A stretch of DNA of 64,000 nt from Dissulfurispiraceae bacterium (GCA_035477855.1 DATIKF010000179.1:22390-86389), one strand, 5' to 3'; positions 1 to 9,910 are shown, numbered from the stretch's first letter. The notes: generated from the sequence alone by a model not told the origin. Numbers and translations are program-made.

Positions 1-423
1 GAGGCGCGTTGTAATGAACTTTATATATTTCTCATTCAGCCTGCACGCCGACTGTTCGGCAACGCCGACAACGACCTCGATGCCTTGGCCGCGCAACTCT
101 GCGATGCCTCTGCCGGCAACCTTCGGATTCGGATCTTCCATCGCGACAACAACTTTTTTGATTCCTGCGGAGATGATGGCTTTCGTGCAGGGCGGGGTTC
201 GCTTGTCCGTATGGCAGCAGGGCTCAAGGGTAACGTAAAGAGTCGCATTGCGGGCGGCAGTTCCGGCAGCCTGAATGGCGAGCGCCTCAGCGTGCGGCTC
301 ACCCGCTTTTTTATGGTAATCCTCAGCCGCGATTCTGTCATGTCTGACGATGACCGCACCGACCATCGGGTTGGGGCTGGTCTTTCCCTGCGCTCTGGCT
401 GCAAGCCTGAGCGCACGGCGCAT
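1..423 (-). CDS. ribD: Riboflavin biosynthesis protein RibD, N-terminal deaminase part (start inside the window, 3' end beyond window start)
   Basis: Not in the supplied ORF track because it is open to the window edge. Hand translation from ATG (complement of 421..423): MRRALRLAARAQGKTSPNPMVGAVIV...HKKAGEPHAEALAIQAAG...TLYVTLEPCCHTDKRTPPC...DPNPKVAGRGI. The HAE and PC...PPC zinc-deaminase motifs are typical of RibD. The frame is open for all 141 codons. Confidence 0.8.
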   Translation of the reverse strand, partial: MRRALRLAARAQGKTSPNPMVGAVIVRHDRIAAEDYHKKAGEPHAEALAIQAAGTAARNATLYVTLEPCCHTDKRTPPCTKAIISAGIKKVVVAMEDPNPKVAGRGIAELRGQGIEVVVGVAEQSACRLNEKYIKFITTRL

Positions 424-479
424 ATAGTTTACGTCTGAATCATTCAATGAGGATCTTCCTTCTTCCTTCTTCCTTGCCT

Positions 480-1943
480 CTAAAATCCGTACTCTTTCCA
501 GCGGCGATCCACGAGCTGGACAATCTCCGGCGACATGAAGAGTTCCGCCGGCCAGTCACGCATCATGCCCTCTTCACGGGTTTTGCGCGTGGCATCAATC
601 CCCATTTTCGACCCATAGCGCGGGAAGTTCGCCGCATGGTCAAGGTCATCAAGCGGACCGTCGGCGATAACCACGTCGCGCTTCCAGTCGACATTGTTCA
701 GCACGCGCCACGCAGTATAGGAAAGATTCTGAACGTCTACATCGTCATCGACAACAACAAGAAGCTTCGCAAACATCATCTGCCCCTTGCCCCAGAGGCC
801 GTGGATAATTTTTTTGGCATGTCCCGGATAGCTCTTCTTTATCGAGATGATTGCGCAGTTGTGAAATACGCCTTCCATCGGCAGGGTCAAATCCCGTATC
901 TCCGGCATATCAAGCCTCATCAGCGGCAGGAAAATCCGCTCGGTCGCCTTCGCCATGTAGCAGTCTTCCATCGGCGGCTTGCCGACAATCGTCGCCGGAT
1001 AGATGAGGTCTTTCCGGTGCGTAATGCAGGTCACATGAAAAACCGGATAACTGTCTGCCGGGGAATAAAAGCCGGTATGGTCGCCGAACGGCCCTTCGAT
1101 TCGCTCCTCGCCAGGCTCCAGGTAGCCTTCAATCACCAGCTCACTGTTTGCGGGCACTTCGACGTCGGAGGTAATGCACTTCACCATTTGAACCGGCTCG
1201 CGCCGTAGAAAGCCGGCAAACATCATCTCATCGACCGCCTCGGGCAGCGGCGCGGTCGATGCATAAATGACCGCCGGGTCGCTCCCGACTGCTATGGCCG
1301 CGGGCATGCGCTGCCTGAGCGCCTTGTATTTGTCGTAATGACGGGCTCCGTCCTTGTGAATGTGCCAGTGCATGCCGGTCGTTTTCTTGTCGTAAATGTG
1401 AATGCGGTACATGCCGCAATTCGGACGGCCTGTTTCAGGGTCTTTCGTAAAGACCATCGGGAAGGTGATGAAGCGCCCCTCATCAGTCGGCTGCCCATCC
1501 CCCGGCCAGGTTTTCAGCACCGGGAACTTTGAAAGGTCAGGGTTGTCCTTTTCGATCACTTCCTGGCAGGGAGCACTCTTTACGGTTTTTGGCAGATAGT
1601 TCGAAAATTCGAACAGCTTCGGCAGCATGGCGAGCTTTTCCATAATCGATTTGGGCGGCGCCTGATTCATCAACTCTTCGATGCGTTTGCCCACATCATC
1701 GAGATGATTAATTTCGAGCGAAAGGCACATGCGCGAAAAAGAGCCGAAAATGTTTGTGACAACAGGATACTGCGAGCCCTTCACCTTCTCGAAAAAAAGC
1801 GCTTTGCCGCCGCCCGGGCTTTTGCACATGCGGTCGGTGATGGCTGAGATTTCAAGAATCGGATCGACTTCGGCTTTGATACGATGGATTTCTCCTCGCT
1901 GCTCAAGGATGGAAAGGTAGTGACGCAGGTCTTTATAAGCCAT
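480..1943 (-). CDS. UbiD-family (prenylated-FMN dependent) aromatic acid decarboxylase
   Basis: 487 aa. MAYKDLRHYLSILEQRGEIHRIKAEVDP...GMYRIHIYDKKTTGMHWHIHKDGARH...EGPFGDHTGFYS is the typical UbiD/menaquinone-biosynthesis decarboxylase signature. Confidence 0.85.
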   Translation of the reverse strand: MAYKDLRHYLSILEQRGEIHRIKAEVDPILEISAITDRMCKSPGGGKALFFEKVKGSQYPVVTNIFGSFSRMCLSLEINHLDDVGKRIEELMNQAPPKSIMEKLAMLPKLFEFSNYLPKTVKSAPCQEVIEKDNPDLSKFPVLKTWPGDGQPTDEGRFITFPMVFTKDPETGRPNCGMYRIHIYDKKTTGMHWHIHKDGARHYDKYKALRQRMPAAIAVGSDPAVIYASTAPLPEAVDEMMFAGFLRREPVQMVKCITSDVEVPANSELVIEGYLEPGEERIEGPFGDHTGFYSPADSYPVFHVTCITHRKDLIYPATIVGKPPMEDCYMAKATERIFLPLMRLDMPEIRDLTLPMEGVFHNCAIISIKKSYPGHAKKIIHGLWGKGQMMFAKLLVVVDDDVDVQNLSYTAWRVLNNVDWKRDVVIADGPLDDLDHAANFPRYGSKMGIDATRKTREEGMMRDWPAELFMSPEIVQLVDRRWKEYGF

Positions 1944-2030
1944 TGGCAGATTTCTCCCGGCGATCTTAATTTAGAGTCGTAGTATATCGCCCGGAAGAGA
2001 TGCTTTACAAGATGAGAGGCAGCAGGAATG

Positions 2031-2810
2031 CTACCGGGGCCCGACAGTGATTTCAAACGTCCTGACCGTCTTGACCCCATCGGCATTGGTTGCAGAGGCG
2101 CTGAAATGAACCACCTTTTTTTCCTGTGATGGAAGATTCCAGACCACTTTGCCGGTCTTTTTGTCAAGCGAAACCTCTGCGGGAACCGGCGATTCAAAAG
2201 CATAGGTCACTGTGCCGCCGTCAGGGTCCATCCCTACAAGCTGAAGCTCAGCCGCTTTTTCCGCCTGCGGAGTCAGCACCTTCAGGTCAAGCGAAGGCGG
2301 TGCGCTCAGCACTGTTGCAGACATGCTCTGAAACGGCGTTGCCTTGCTGCCGCCGATTATCGGCGTGACTACTACGCTCACCCGGTCATTTTTCCTGACC
2401 CTGCCCGCAGGCAGAATATTGCCGCTCACATCGCGCACAGGCTGTCCGTTCACACTCCACTCATATTCAAAGGACATGGGGGCACCGGGTGTTCCTGCCG
2501 TTCTGACCTCTGCCTGAACAGCATTCAGGCTCGAGAACCTGGCCGGGGTGAAGACAACGGATTTGACCAATAGCGTTTCAGGCCCGGCCGGAGACGGAAG
2601 CGGTGAAACAGCTCCTGTCTTTGTTCCCTGCATTGCCTCAAGAAAGGCGGTGTCTGGCTTCTGCGCGATTACTTCCTTTTTCGTCGACGTCATCACATAC
2701 AGCGCAAGAGCGGATGCTGCGACAAGGAGAACGGCAAAAGCAACCTTCATCGCAACCTGCCCGCTCATCTTTTCGGCCCTGCTTGTCATGATAGAGCTTC
2801 GATTCCGCAT
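2031..2810 (-). CDS. Membrane-anchored hypothetical protein with two beta-sandwich/Ig-like regions, last gene of the minor-pilin operon
   Basis: 259 aa. N-terminal TM helix (VAFAVLLVAASALALYVM). The C-terminal segment TYAFESPVPAEVSLDKKTGKVVWNLP resembles putative-Ig/cadherin-like repeats. It starts 13 nt after the pilY1 stop, with GGGGA upstream. Confidence 0.6.
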   Translation of the reverse strand: MRNRSSIMTSRAEKMSGQVAMKVAFAVLLVAASALALYVMTSTKKEVIAQKPDTAFLEAMQGTKTGAVSPLPSPAGPETLLVKSVVFTPARFSSLNAVQAEVRTAGTPGAPMSFEYEWSVNGQPVRDVSGNILPAGRVRKNDRVSVVVTPIIGGSKATPFQSMSATVLSAPPSLDLKVLTPQAEKAAELQLVGMDPDGGTVTYAFESPVPAEVSLDKKTGKVVWNLPSQEKKVVHFSASATNADGVKTVRTFEITVGPR

Positions 2811-2823
2811 AGTCGTCCCCGAA

Positions 2824-5800
2824 TCACTGAACCCGTCGGTCGCGCCAGAAAATCACCCTTGGTTTATCCAATAAATCTTTTGTAGCGCCTTGGACTGTCC
2901 GCATATTTTGCGTCCCGGCGCCGCTGGCTGTAACATATACACCTGCGCTCGAACCAGCGGGATTGAGCGAAATCTGAGGATCCGACAGGATGCCGACTCC
3001 GGTATACAGAACCGTATCGCGCCCGAGAGCTGTCTGATAGTCAAATGCGTAGAGTCTGCCGGTTCCGCCCTGCGTGCACAAATTGGCGCCGGTTGCCGCG
3101 GGCGCATAGGTCGTGAAATAGACCTTTCCGCCAAAAACAACCGGAGTCCCGAGCATTTTTTCATTACCCGCGAACGCAAACGAAAATCCCTGACTGGTGT
3201 TGTTATACTGCTGAGCGGCCAAAGTCATGTTCTGCAAATGGCTGAACTGATAGGTAGGAGAACACCTGCCGGTCTGGCACGGAGCACCGCCGCAATCAGC
3301 ACTTGAGGTGCAGACCTGAGGCGTGTCCTTTATCGCGTAAAAGCGATCCACCGTTCCCGAAGAAGTCGGGCACTGCTTGTCTCCGGTGCCCCAATACAGC
3401 CAGACATTGCGGTTAGGGTCCCGTGTGAGCGTTAAACTGGTATAGATGGGGCGCCTCGTGCTCGTCTGCTCATACAGGAGAGAACCGGTCCAAGAACCGG
3501 TATTGCATCCTGCCGGACTGGCCGCGTTGCAGAAACGGAAGCGCCACATATTTCCGCCCAGATCGCCGACATAAACCGAATCGATGAAGCCGTCATTATC
3601 CGAGTCAAAAATAAAAGGCTGCGCGGGAATGCTGTATTGCATCAGGGAATTATTCGCCTGCGTATAGCTCCAGAGGATGTTTCCGTTTGACATGTCCACC
3701 ACAAAAAAGCCCTTCCCCCGGTTTGCAGGCTCCACGGGAGTGGTGCCGCAGGAGTACTCGTACCCACCGCCGCCGATGAAGCCGACCCACTTTTCGTTGC
3801 CGCCGATCTTGACCCTTCCGATCGTCATTTTGGACCACGGATCGCTCAAATAGGGCGCTTGCGCAGCCGTCGGATTGATTCGCCATTTGTACGCGGGCGA
3901 CAGCGTATTGGTGAAGTCGAATGCATAATACCCGCAATAGTGAGGAGTGCTTGCCGAGTAGGCCTGGCTGAATGTCTGCACCGTTGACACCCCGTCAAAC
4001 GCGGCGCAGTTCGGAGACGAACTCCACGTATAGTCCGGGCTGACTCCCCTGCCGAGGCCAAAGACGAGCATGGTGCGCCAGTCAGACGCACTTTTCGTTG
4101 TTCCGCTGCCTGTTCCGAGCCATACGTCCGCGGTGGAAACAGGACCGTCCACGAAGTATTGATGTGGCAGCGATGAAGGATCGGTAAGATGAGCGACGAG
4201 TTTCAGCTTCGGCATGAGGTTCGGCGGGATAAAGCTGAATGCCTCCGCGCCGTTGAATGTCCTGAACACATGAAACTGGCCGTCATTGGCGCCCACCGCC
4301 ACAACACGGGTGCCTGACGCATCAGAGAGCCTCTCGTTGGCGTCCCTGAAGAGCGAAAAGGCGGTTGGAGTGGAAGCATCAACGATATCTTTAAAAAACC
4401 TCGACGGCGTCGCTATGACAACCGGATTTGAGTGCCATATGTCGCCAAGCTTCCAGTCGTCAGGGCTATATGCCGGGTCTCCCCGAAAATAGCCGACTAC
4501 GTTGGTGCGTTCGGTCGTCTGGGCTGCGGTGAATCCGAGGTATCGCGGATCAATCGCGGTCGTAAAGTCGGTCATTGCAGGAGCTCCTGACGCACAGCCG
4601 GTCGTGCAGGTCTTCATATTCCGTGAGGCATGAGGCATGGCATCCAGAACATCACCGGCATCCCATACGACGCTGCCGACGCTGCCATCGGAATTGATGT
4701 TGTATTTCTTAAGGAATCCCGGCCAGAACGGATCGTCATCTTTGGGCGTAAAAGACGCTTCATACAGGTGATCTTCACTCGTAATTCTCGCAGTCGCAAT
4801 CGACGCGACCGTGAAGGAATACGTTCCTTCTGTAATCTGGTTGATGGCGTCCTGCAGCGCCTCGGTCAGCTCGCCAGCGCTTGCCGCAAAATACGCGTAG
4901 CCCGAAAGGGAGGCGGTGCCGGGGTCGTTGGCCGTAGCGAAGCAGTTTGACGATGTGCCGTTGCAGGGAAATGTTCCGGGCGGCTGTATCGTGGGAGATG
5001 TCATGCACGACGTAATGCCGGCAGGATACAGTATCGGTGTCGCCGGTGCCGGCGATGCTGCAATCGGGTAATCAGCCGGGGACCCTGCATTGGCTAGATT
5101 AGGATTGTCGGTCTGGCCGTAATATGCCGCCCAGTTCAGCGTATTTTGCAGAGAAGCAGGCATGTCGGCACCGAAGCCGACGACAAACACCTTATAGCCG
5201 GCGTCACCCAAAGCCTTCGCCTGCGCCACCGTCTCCCGGCGGCGCTGGTATTGAGTTGTCTGCGTTTCCTGTCCGCTGCCTCCGCACGAATAGGTATCGG
5301 CTCCGTCAGTCACGAAAAGGACGAATTTTTTGCGGCAGTTTGAAGCCGTCGTATCCGTCGCCTTGTGCGCGTCAAGATACAGCTTCGCCTCTCTCAATGA
5401 AGCGCCAAGAGGGGTGCCGCCCAAGGCCGACTCCCCACGTATGCAGGTGCCGCTGGGTGCCGTCGCCAGTGTGCAGGTGCCGGGGTTGGCACCGCAGTAT
5501 ATTCTTGAATAAAAGCTGCCGATAGGACGTATAAGGCTGTTGCAGCCGGCGGAATAATCCCCGCCGGTGTCGTTTCCGCCGCAGTTGTAAAACCGCATAT
5601 AGCCAATACGGACATTCAGGGCTGCGTCATCGGTCGCGCCCGTGCTGCGAATAACACCGTCTTTGTTGGCATCAAGCACCGAAAATAGTGCGCGTTTCGC
5701 AATTTCGAGTCTGCTGCAATCGGTCGTATACGCGCCCGTGAGAGCGCGGTAAAACGGATAGTGCGTGCTGCTGTTGTTAGGATCGACCGCCCGGCAGGAA

Positions 5801-6096
5801 GAGGTGCTGTATTTGGGAACGCTGCCTGAAGGGATGGCGCAGGGAACCCGCCCCGTATTGGTCACCCCATAAAATGGACCATTATATGTTGTGTTGCAGT
5901 TGCCGGTGCTGACGTACATGGTCTCACCGACAGGGGTCCAGTTCATGCTTCCGGAAAGGTCAAGGACGATAAGGGCATCGGGCGGAACGTTCGATGAAAA
6001 AAGCCCCGCCTCATCTGCCGCAAAAAGTGAGTTCGGCAGAGACAAAAGCGCCAGAAGCGCCAGAATGCGTCCAAATATGCGGGATAGATTGTACAT
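2824..6096 (-). CDS. pilY1: Type IV pilus tip adhesin/assembly protein PilY1 with N-terminal vWA domain
   Basis: Signal peptide MYNLSRIFGRILALLALLSLPNSLFA. vWA MIDAS motifs LIVLDLSGSMNW and FVLFVTDGADT. C-terminal PilY1 propeller with calcium site FIFDSDNDGFIDSVYVGDLGGNMWRFRF. Start moved to ATG 6096, which follows GGAGGAG; the track start is 6159. Confidence 0.87.
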   Translation of the reverse strand: MYNLSRIFGRILALLALLSLPNSLFAADEAGLFSSNVPPDALIVLDLSGSMNWTPVGETMYVSTGNCNTTYNGPFYGVTNTGRVPCAIPSGSVPKYSTSSCRAVDPNNSSTHYPFYRALTGAYTTDCSRLEIAKRALFSVLDANKDGVIRSTGATDDAALNVRIGYMRFYNCGGNDTGGDYSAGCNSLIRPIGSFYSRIYCGANPGTCTLATAPSGTCIRGESALGGTPLGASLREAKLYLDAHKATDTTASNCRKKFVLFVTDGADTYSCGGSGQETQTTQYQRRRETVAQAKALGDAGYKVFVVGFGADMPASLQNTLNWAAYYGQTDNPNLANAGSPADYPIAASPAPATPILYPAGITSCMTSPTIQPPGTFPCNGTSSNCFATANDPGTASLSGYAYFAASAGELTEALQDAINQITEGTYSFTVASIATARITSEDHLYEASFTPKDDDPFWPGFLKKYNINSDGSVGSVVWDAGDVLDAMPHASRNMKTCTTGCASGAPAMTDFTTAIDPRYLGFTAAQTTERTNVVGYFRGDPAYSPDDWKLGDIWHSNPVVIATPSRFFKDIVDASTPTAFSLFRDANERLSDASGTRVVAVGANDGQFHVFRTFNGAEAFSFIPPNLMPKLKLVAHLTDPSSLPHQYFVDGPVSTADVWLGTGSGTTKSASDWRTMLVFGLGRGVSPDYTWSSSPNCAAFDGVSTVQTFSQAYSASTPHYCGYYAFDFTNTLSPAYKWRINPTAAQAPYLSDPWSKMTIGRVKIGGNEKWVGFIGGGGYEYSCGTTPVEPANRGKGFFVVDMSNGNILWSYTQANNSLMQYSIPAQPFIFDSDNDGFIDSVYVGDLGGNMWRFRFCNAASPAGCNTGSWTGSLLYEQTSTRRPIYTSLTLTRDPNRNVWLYWGTGDKQCPTSSGTVDRFYAIKDTPQVCTSSADCGGAPCQTGRCSPTYQFSHLQNMTLAAQQYNNTSQGFSFAFAGNEKMLGTPVVFGGKVYFTTYAPAATGANLCTQGGTGRLYAFDYQTALGRDTVLYTGVGILSDPQISLNPAGSSAGVYVTASGAGTQNMRTVQGATKDLLDKPRVIFWRDRRVQ

Positions 6097-6192
6097 GGTG
6101 CTCCTCCTGAAGAACCTTATATCACAGTTTCTAAACATTGCCTTTAGTGAGCCGCGCAATCATCGCTCAAAAACCTTCTTTTTTTGAAACTG

Positions 6193-6753
6193 CTATTTAC
6201 ATGGAGAAGGCCCGTAACCGATGCCGACATCTATCGTCACTCTGGACTGATAGTTGGCATTTTCACCCGTTATTGTTTTCGCCGTCCTCAGTTCTCCCCA
6301 TACGGCAGGGTCGAAACCGGGCATATCGGCACACGCGGCGACTGATATATTGGGATCGCTTAAAGCGGCAACGGTGTAAAGGGCGGCGGGATCTTGCGCC
6401 GTATTAACCTGTGCCTGATTCATTGTATAATTTTCTATCAGCGCTCTGGTGGCAAGCAAGTCTGTGGAGCTTCTTTTAGAGTTGTCTATGAAGCGCTTCA
6501 ACTCCCCGATGCCGGCTTCAGCAGCGGCAAAAGCCTTCTTCTCGCCGGCTATTCTGGTGCTGATTCGCATATCCTTTGTGGAGACAAAGAAAACGATCGA
6601 AGAGACCGCAAGCAGGAGGATAAGAGCCATGAGCGCGCCGACAAGCGCAACCCCACGTTCATTGGCCGCATGAGCCGTCGCTTTCATCTTTTTTTTGTAT
6701 TCCTGCATTGCCGCGACTCCCTTTTTTTCATCCGCTATCGTTCTCATGAGCAC
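6193..6753 (-). CDS. pilX: PilX-like minor pilin / pilus assembly protein
   Basis: 186 aa. The PilX_N-type hydrophobic segment ERGVALVGALMALILLLAVSSIVF lacks Glu5. It sits between pilW and pilY1. The true start may be an internal Met (6708 or 6687). Confidence 0.6.
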   Translation of the reverse strand: MLMRTIADEKKGVAAMQEYKKKMKATAHAANERGVALVGALMALILLLAVSSIVFFVSTKDMRISTRIAGEKKAFAAAEAGIGELKRFIDNSKRSSTDLLATRALIENYTMNQAQVNTAQDPAALYTVAALSDPNISVAACADMPGFDPAVWGELRTAKTITGENANYQSRVTIDVGIGYGPSPCK

Positions 6754-7479
6754 TTATTCCACCATATGATTTCTGGGCAGGACCCTCGTCGAATAGATCA
6801 TGCTCTTTCGCGTCTTCGTTGTCGGGTCAATCTCGCTCGTCTGTACTGCCAGCGTAATCTCGATGCGGCGGATAGCTGGAATCTGCGCCGTTACCGGCGA
6901 AGTCAGTTCCGTCCCCTGTCCGTTGAAGTACCGGAAAACAGGAAGCCCGAGGTCGTTGTTGACAACCAGCACCTCTCTCGGGCGGCCGGAAGCTGCGGTA
7001 TCCCCCAAAAAAGGCTGTGCGCCGGCGCAACTGGTGGCACGCGTAATCCGCTGATTCGCCGCGTCATAAACGTAACGGATAACCTCGTTCGGATCGTCGC
7101 CGACCCAGTCTGAGCCTGTTGCGCCCGGCCCAATTGCCATTTCAACGGTCAGCGCAGTAGCGGTCGCTTCCTGAATGCCCCGATAATTCTGGTTCGGGCT
7201 TGCTGCGCACGCATTGGTAACCCAGAAAGCGGCATCAGAGCGGAATTGCGGGTTGTAGGACGCCATGCCTGTTTCAGCCGTCATGATCTGCAGTGCAAGT
7301 CGCGCGTCTTCCTGAGCCGACGCTTTCAGCTGTATGCCGGTAGATGCCTGGAGTCCGGAACGAAGCGTCATGGACACGGCAGCAAGCAAAACCATGCCGA
7401 CCGCTATGGCAATAAGCAGCTCGACAAGAGAAAACCCGGCCTGTCGAGGAACCCGATTATTTTTCATTCCCGGCTTCAT
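6754..7479 (-). CDS. pilW: PilW-like minor pilin (prepilin-type N-terminal cleavage/methylation domain)
   Basis: 241 aa. Prepilin motif QAG/FSLVELLIAIAVGMVLLAAV. Canonical position in the fimU-pilVWXY1 order. Confidence 0.72.
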   Translation of the reverse strand: MKPGMKNNRVPRQAGFSLVELLIAIAVGMVLLAAVSMTLRSGLQASTGIQLKASAQEDARLALQIMTAETGMASYNPQFRSDAAFWVTNACAASPNQNYRGIQEATATALTVEMAIGPGATGSDWVGDDPNEVIRYVYDAANQRITRATSCAGAQPFLGDTAASGRPREVLVVNNDLGLPVFRYFNGQGTELTSPVTAQIPAIRRIEITLAVQTSEIDPTTKTRKSMIYSTRVLPRNHMVE

Positions 7480-7911
7480 TCAGCACCCCTGCTTATAGTT
7501 TGGGTCGCGGGTGACCGTAAATGAATCGCGGGTGCCTGCTGCGTTTCCCGTCCAGGTAACCTGCACGGAAACGAGCCAGAAATCATTGGGCAGCGTCTGT
7601 ATTGTCCTGGTAACCGTATATTGCATATCTCCGGGCTGAGCGGCTGCCTGACCGCCTGACCAAACACTAGGAAAAGTCGTCGCGCCTGCCGCCACGGGGT
7701 TGCACTCATTCTGGATGTTGATCTGCACGGTCTCCATCTCCCGGTGCAATATTTCAGCCGCCTGCCCGATCCTGTCCGCCCTTGTGGTAGAGATCCACCC
7801 GAGAGGAAAAACCGTGAGCGTCCCCAGAATCCCGACAACAAGCAGTGCTACTGCAATGAGTACCTCAATAAGCGTCATGCCCCGGTCGTTTTTAATATAC
7901 ATAGGTGACAT
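7480..7911 (-). CDS. pilV: PilV-like minor pilin
   Basis: 143 aa. Prepilin motif DRG/MTLIEVLIAVALLVVGILG. Position in the operon. Confidence 0.72.
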   Translation of the reverse strand: MSPMYIKNDRGMTLIEVLIAVALLVVGILGTLTVFPLGWISTTRADRIGQAAEILHREMETVQINIQNECNPVAAGATTFPSVWSGGQAAAQPGDMQYTVTRTIQTLPNDFWLVSVQVTWTGNAAGTRDSFTVTRDPNYKQGC

Positions 7912-8383
7912 AAGTCCTCGCCCTGAAATTCGTTGTAATCGTGGCCTGGGAGCCGCGATTGTTCTGGATGACGACGGTGCCGGGATCGGCAGTTCCTCTC
8001 ATCTGAAACAGAAGAAAGGGAGTTGCGCTGAAGTTGGCGTTTACGACAAAAGTTCCCGCATCCCCAAAATTCCTCAAATCCTTTGCTTGAACGACGGCGT
8101 AAGCCGCGCATGGGGTTTGCGATGCGACGGTACACTCTTCAATAACATAATTCGGGCTGTTTATAGTGAAGGTCATGCGATGCAGCCTGTTCCGCGCAAG
8201 CGCCCGAGTTCTCGTTTCTGTGATATCGCCTTCCACTTCCAGCGCGGCGGAGCGCAGGTTTGCGTTGTCTCTGGCGCGCAGCAGGCTTATCGATGAAATA
8301 GTCAACAGAATCGCCAGAATAGCAACAACAATCATAAGCTCGACGAGCGATACACCGTTTTCGTCCATCAGTTTCATCTTCAT
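7892..8383 (-). CDS. fimU: FimU/GspH-like minor pilin
   Basis: Prepilin motif ENG/VSLVELMIVVAILAILL. First gene of the operon. The track start 8392 is TTG; ATG at 8383 (MKMKLMDENG...) is preferred. Confidence 0.68.
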   Translation of the reverse strand: MKMKLMDENGVSLVELMIVVAILAILLTISSISLLRARDNANLRSAALEVEGDITETRTRALARNRLHRMTFTINSPNYVIEECTVASQTPCAAYAVVQAKDLRNFGDAGTFVVNANFSATPFLLFQMRGTADPGTVVIQNNRGSQATITTNFRARTYVTYVY

Positions 8384-8399
8384 GGTGAGCAATTAACAT

Positions 8400-8414
8400 G
8401 CACGGATTGTGCCA
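8400..8414 (-). promoter_or_regulatory. Sigma-54 (-24/-12) promoter of the minor-pilin operon
   Basis: Minus strand reads CTGGCAC-AATCC-GTGCAT, with correct GG-N10-GC spacing. The -12 element lies about 17 nt upstream of ATG 8383. A sigma-54 activator gene is adjacent. Confidence 0.6.
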
Positions 8415-8518
8415 GTTGTATCAATATCAAAATATCCTTATCAAACAATCTTTTGACTCGATCCTTCCGGTATCATTGTGAACCGCGTTACCCATTTATC
8501 AGTCTCGTGCTTCACAAG

Positions 8519-9910
8519 TCAGACAAGGTTTTCCAAACCGTAATCCTTTATCTTCGTCAGCAGCGTCTTGTAGCTTACCTGCAATTTCTCCGCAGCCCTG
8601 CTCTTGTTGCCTCCGGTTTCACGAAGTACCTGCTCAATGAGCGCTTTTTCCGCAGCCCGCGACGCAGCGTCGCCGACGGCAAGGAGCGAACCTTCCGCAA
8701 CCGGAAGTGCCGGAGATTCAGGAGGGCAGAGTGCAAGGCGGCACCGCTCAATCCGGAAGCCTTCAGTCATGATGACAGCCCGCTCCAGCACATTTTTCAA
8801 CTCCCGGACATTTCCCTTCCAGCCATAAGCTTCAAGCGCCTGCGCGGCATCGTTATCAATGACCAGCTCCCGCCGGTTCATTTCGCGGCAGTGCAATTGC
8901 ACAAAATGCTTCGCAAGAGGAAGGATGTCCGCCCTGCGCTCACGAAGCGGAAGAATAAAAAGAGGAAAAACATTCAGACGGTAAAAAAGGTCTTCACGAA
9001 ACGTTCCCTCCGCTACGGCCTTGTGAAGATCCTTGTTGCTTGCCGCAACGATGCGCACATCAACACGGAGAGCCCTTGTGCCGCCAACGCGTTCAAACTC
9101 GCTCTCCTGAAGCACCCGCAGCAGCTTTGCCTGAAGGGAAAGATCCATGTCGCCGATTTCATCGAGAAAAATCGTGCCTTTGTCGGCGAGCTCAAACCGG
9201 CCCGGTTTTATTTCCGTTGCGCCGGTAAAAGCGCCCTTTTCATGGCCGAAGAGTTCATTTTCTATAAGGTCTTTCGGAATCGCGGCGCAGTTGACGGCGA
9301 CAAACGGCTGCCCGGCGCGCTGACCGAAGAAGTGAATCGCGCGGGCAATCAGCTCCTTGCCGGTTCCGCTCTCTCCCAGAATGAGAGCCGTCGTCTTTAA
9401 TGAAGCGACTTTCCGGGCGCTTTCCACAACGCTCTGCCACTGCGGACTCTCGCCGATCAGCTCCGGCATGCGCAGATACCGGGAAAACTCCTTCTTTAGC
9501 ACGATGTTTTCTCTGCGTGAGCCGCTCTCGCTGAGAGCGCGGGCAACAAGCAGCAGCAGATGGTCAGGGTCAAAAGGCTTTGCGATGAAGTCATACGCGC
9601 CCTGCTTCACTGCGCCCACCGCATTTTCGATGGTGCCGTGGGCGGTCATCACCACGATCGGCATGAGCGGCGAACGCTCTTTTGACGCAGCGAGTATCTG
9701 CAAGCCGTCGCCGTCGGGCAGCTTCAGGTCAGTTACCACTCCGTCAAGCTCAGCGGCGGAACGAAGCCTTTCCATGGCATCCTTCACGGTATGGGCCGTC
9801 AGAACCGAATAGCCCGCGCCTGCAAAAGAGCGTTTCAGCACATCGACCATGCTTTTCTTGTCGTCGACAATAAGAATCGTAATCAGAAAACCTCCCTGCT
9901 CATGCGCCAT
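8519..9910 (-). CDS. Sigma-54-dependent response regulator (NtrC family, PilR-like)
   Basis: 463 aa. REC domain (ILIVDD...VVTDLKLPDGDG), AAA+ domain (GESGTGKE, GAFTGA loop in HEKGAFTGA), C-terminal Fis-type HTH (GNKSRAAEKLQVSYKTLLTKIK). Confidence 0.92.
   Translation of the reverse strand: MAHEQGGFLITILIVDDKKSMVDVLKRSFAGAGYSVLTAHTVKDAMERLRSAAELDGVVTDLKLPDGDGLQILAASKERSPLMPIVVMTAHGTIENAVGAVKQGAYDFIAKPFDPDHLLLLVARALSESGSRRENIVLKKEFSRYLRMPELIGESPQWQSVVESARKVASLKTTALILGESGTGKELIARAIHFFGQRAGQPFVAVNCAAIPKDLIENELFGHEKGAFTGATEIKPGRFELADKGTIFLDEIGDMDLSLQAKLLRVLQESEFERVGGTRALRVDVRIVAASNKDLHKAVAEGTFREDLFYRLNVFPLFILPLRERRADILPLAKHFVQLHCREMNRRELVIDNDAAQALEAYGWKGNVRELKNVLERAVIMTEGFRIERCRLALCPPESPALPVAEGSLLAVGDAASRAAEKALIEQVLRETGGNKSRAAEKLQVSYKTLLTKIKDYGLENLV

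Noticed and set aside
14-438. Three overlapping track ORFs (14..238 +, 36..416 -, 85..438 +).
   Set aside because: Their translations are low-complexity and Arg/Ser-rich, and none resembles a known protein. The third minus-strand frame encodes an unmistakable RibD N-terminus.
447-1208. 253-aa plus-strand ORF.
   Set aside because: It lies entirely antisense to the well-supported UbiD-family gene. It is an Arg/His-rich shadow ORF with no RBS.
8453-9400. 315-aa plus-strand ORF.
   Set aside because: It is antisense to the NtrC-family regulator gene. Its composition (R/K/F-rich) is typical of a shadow frame.
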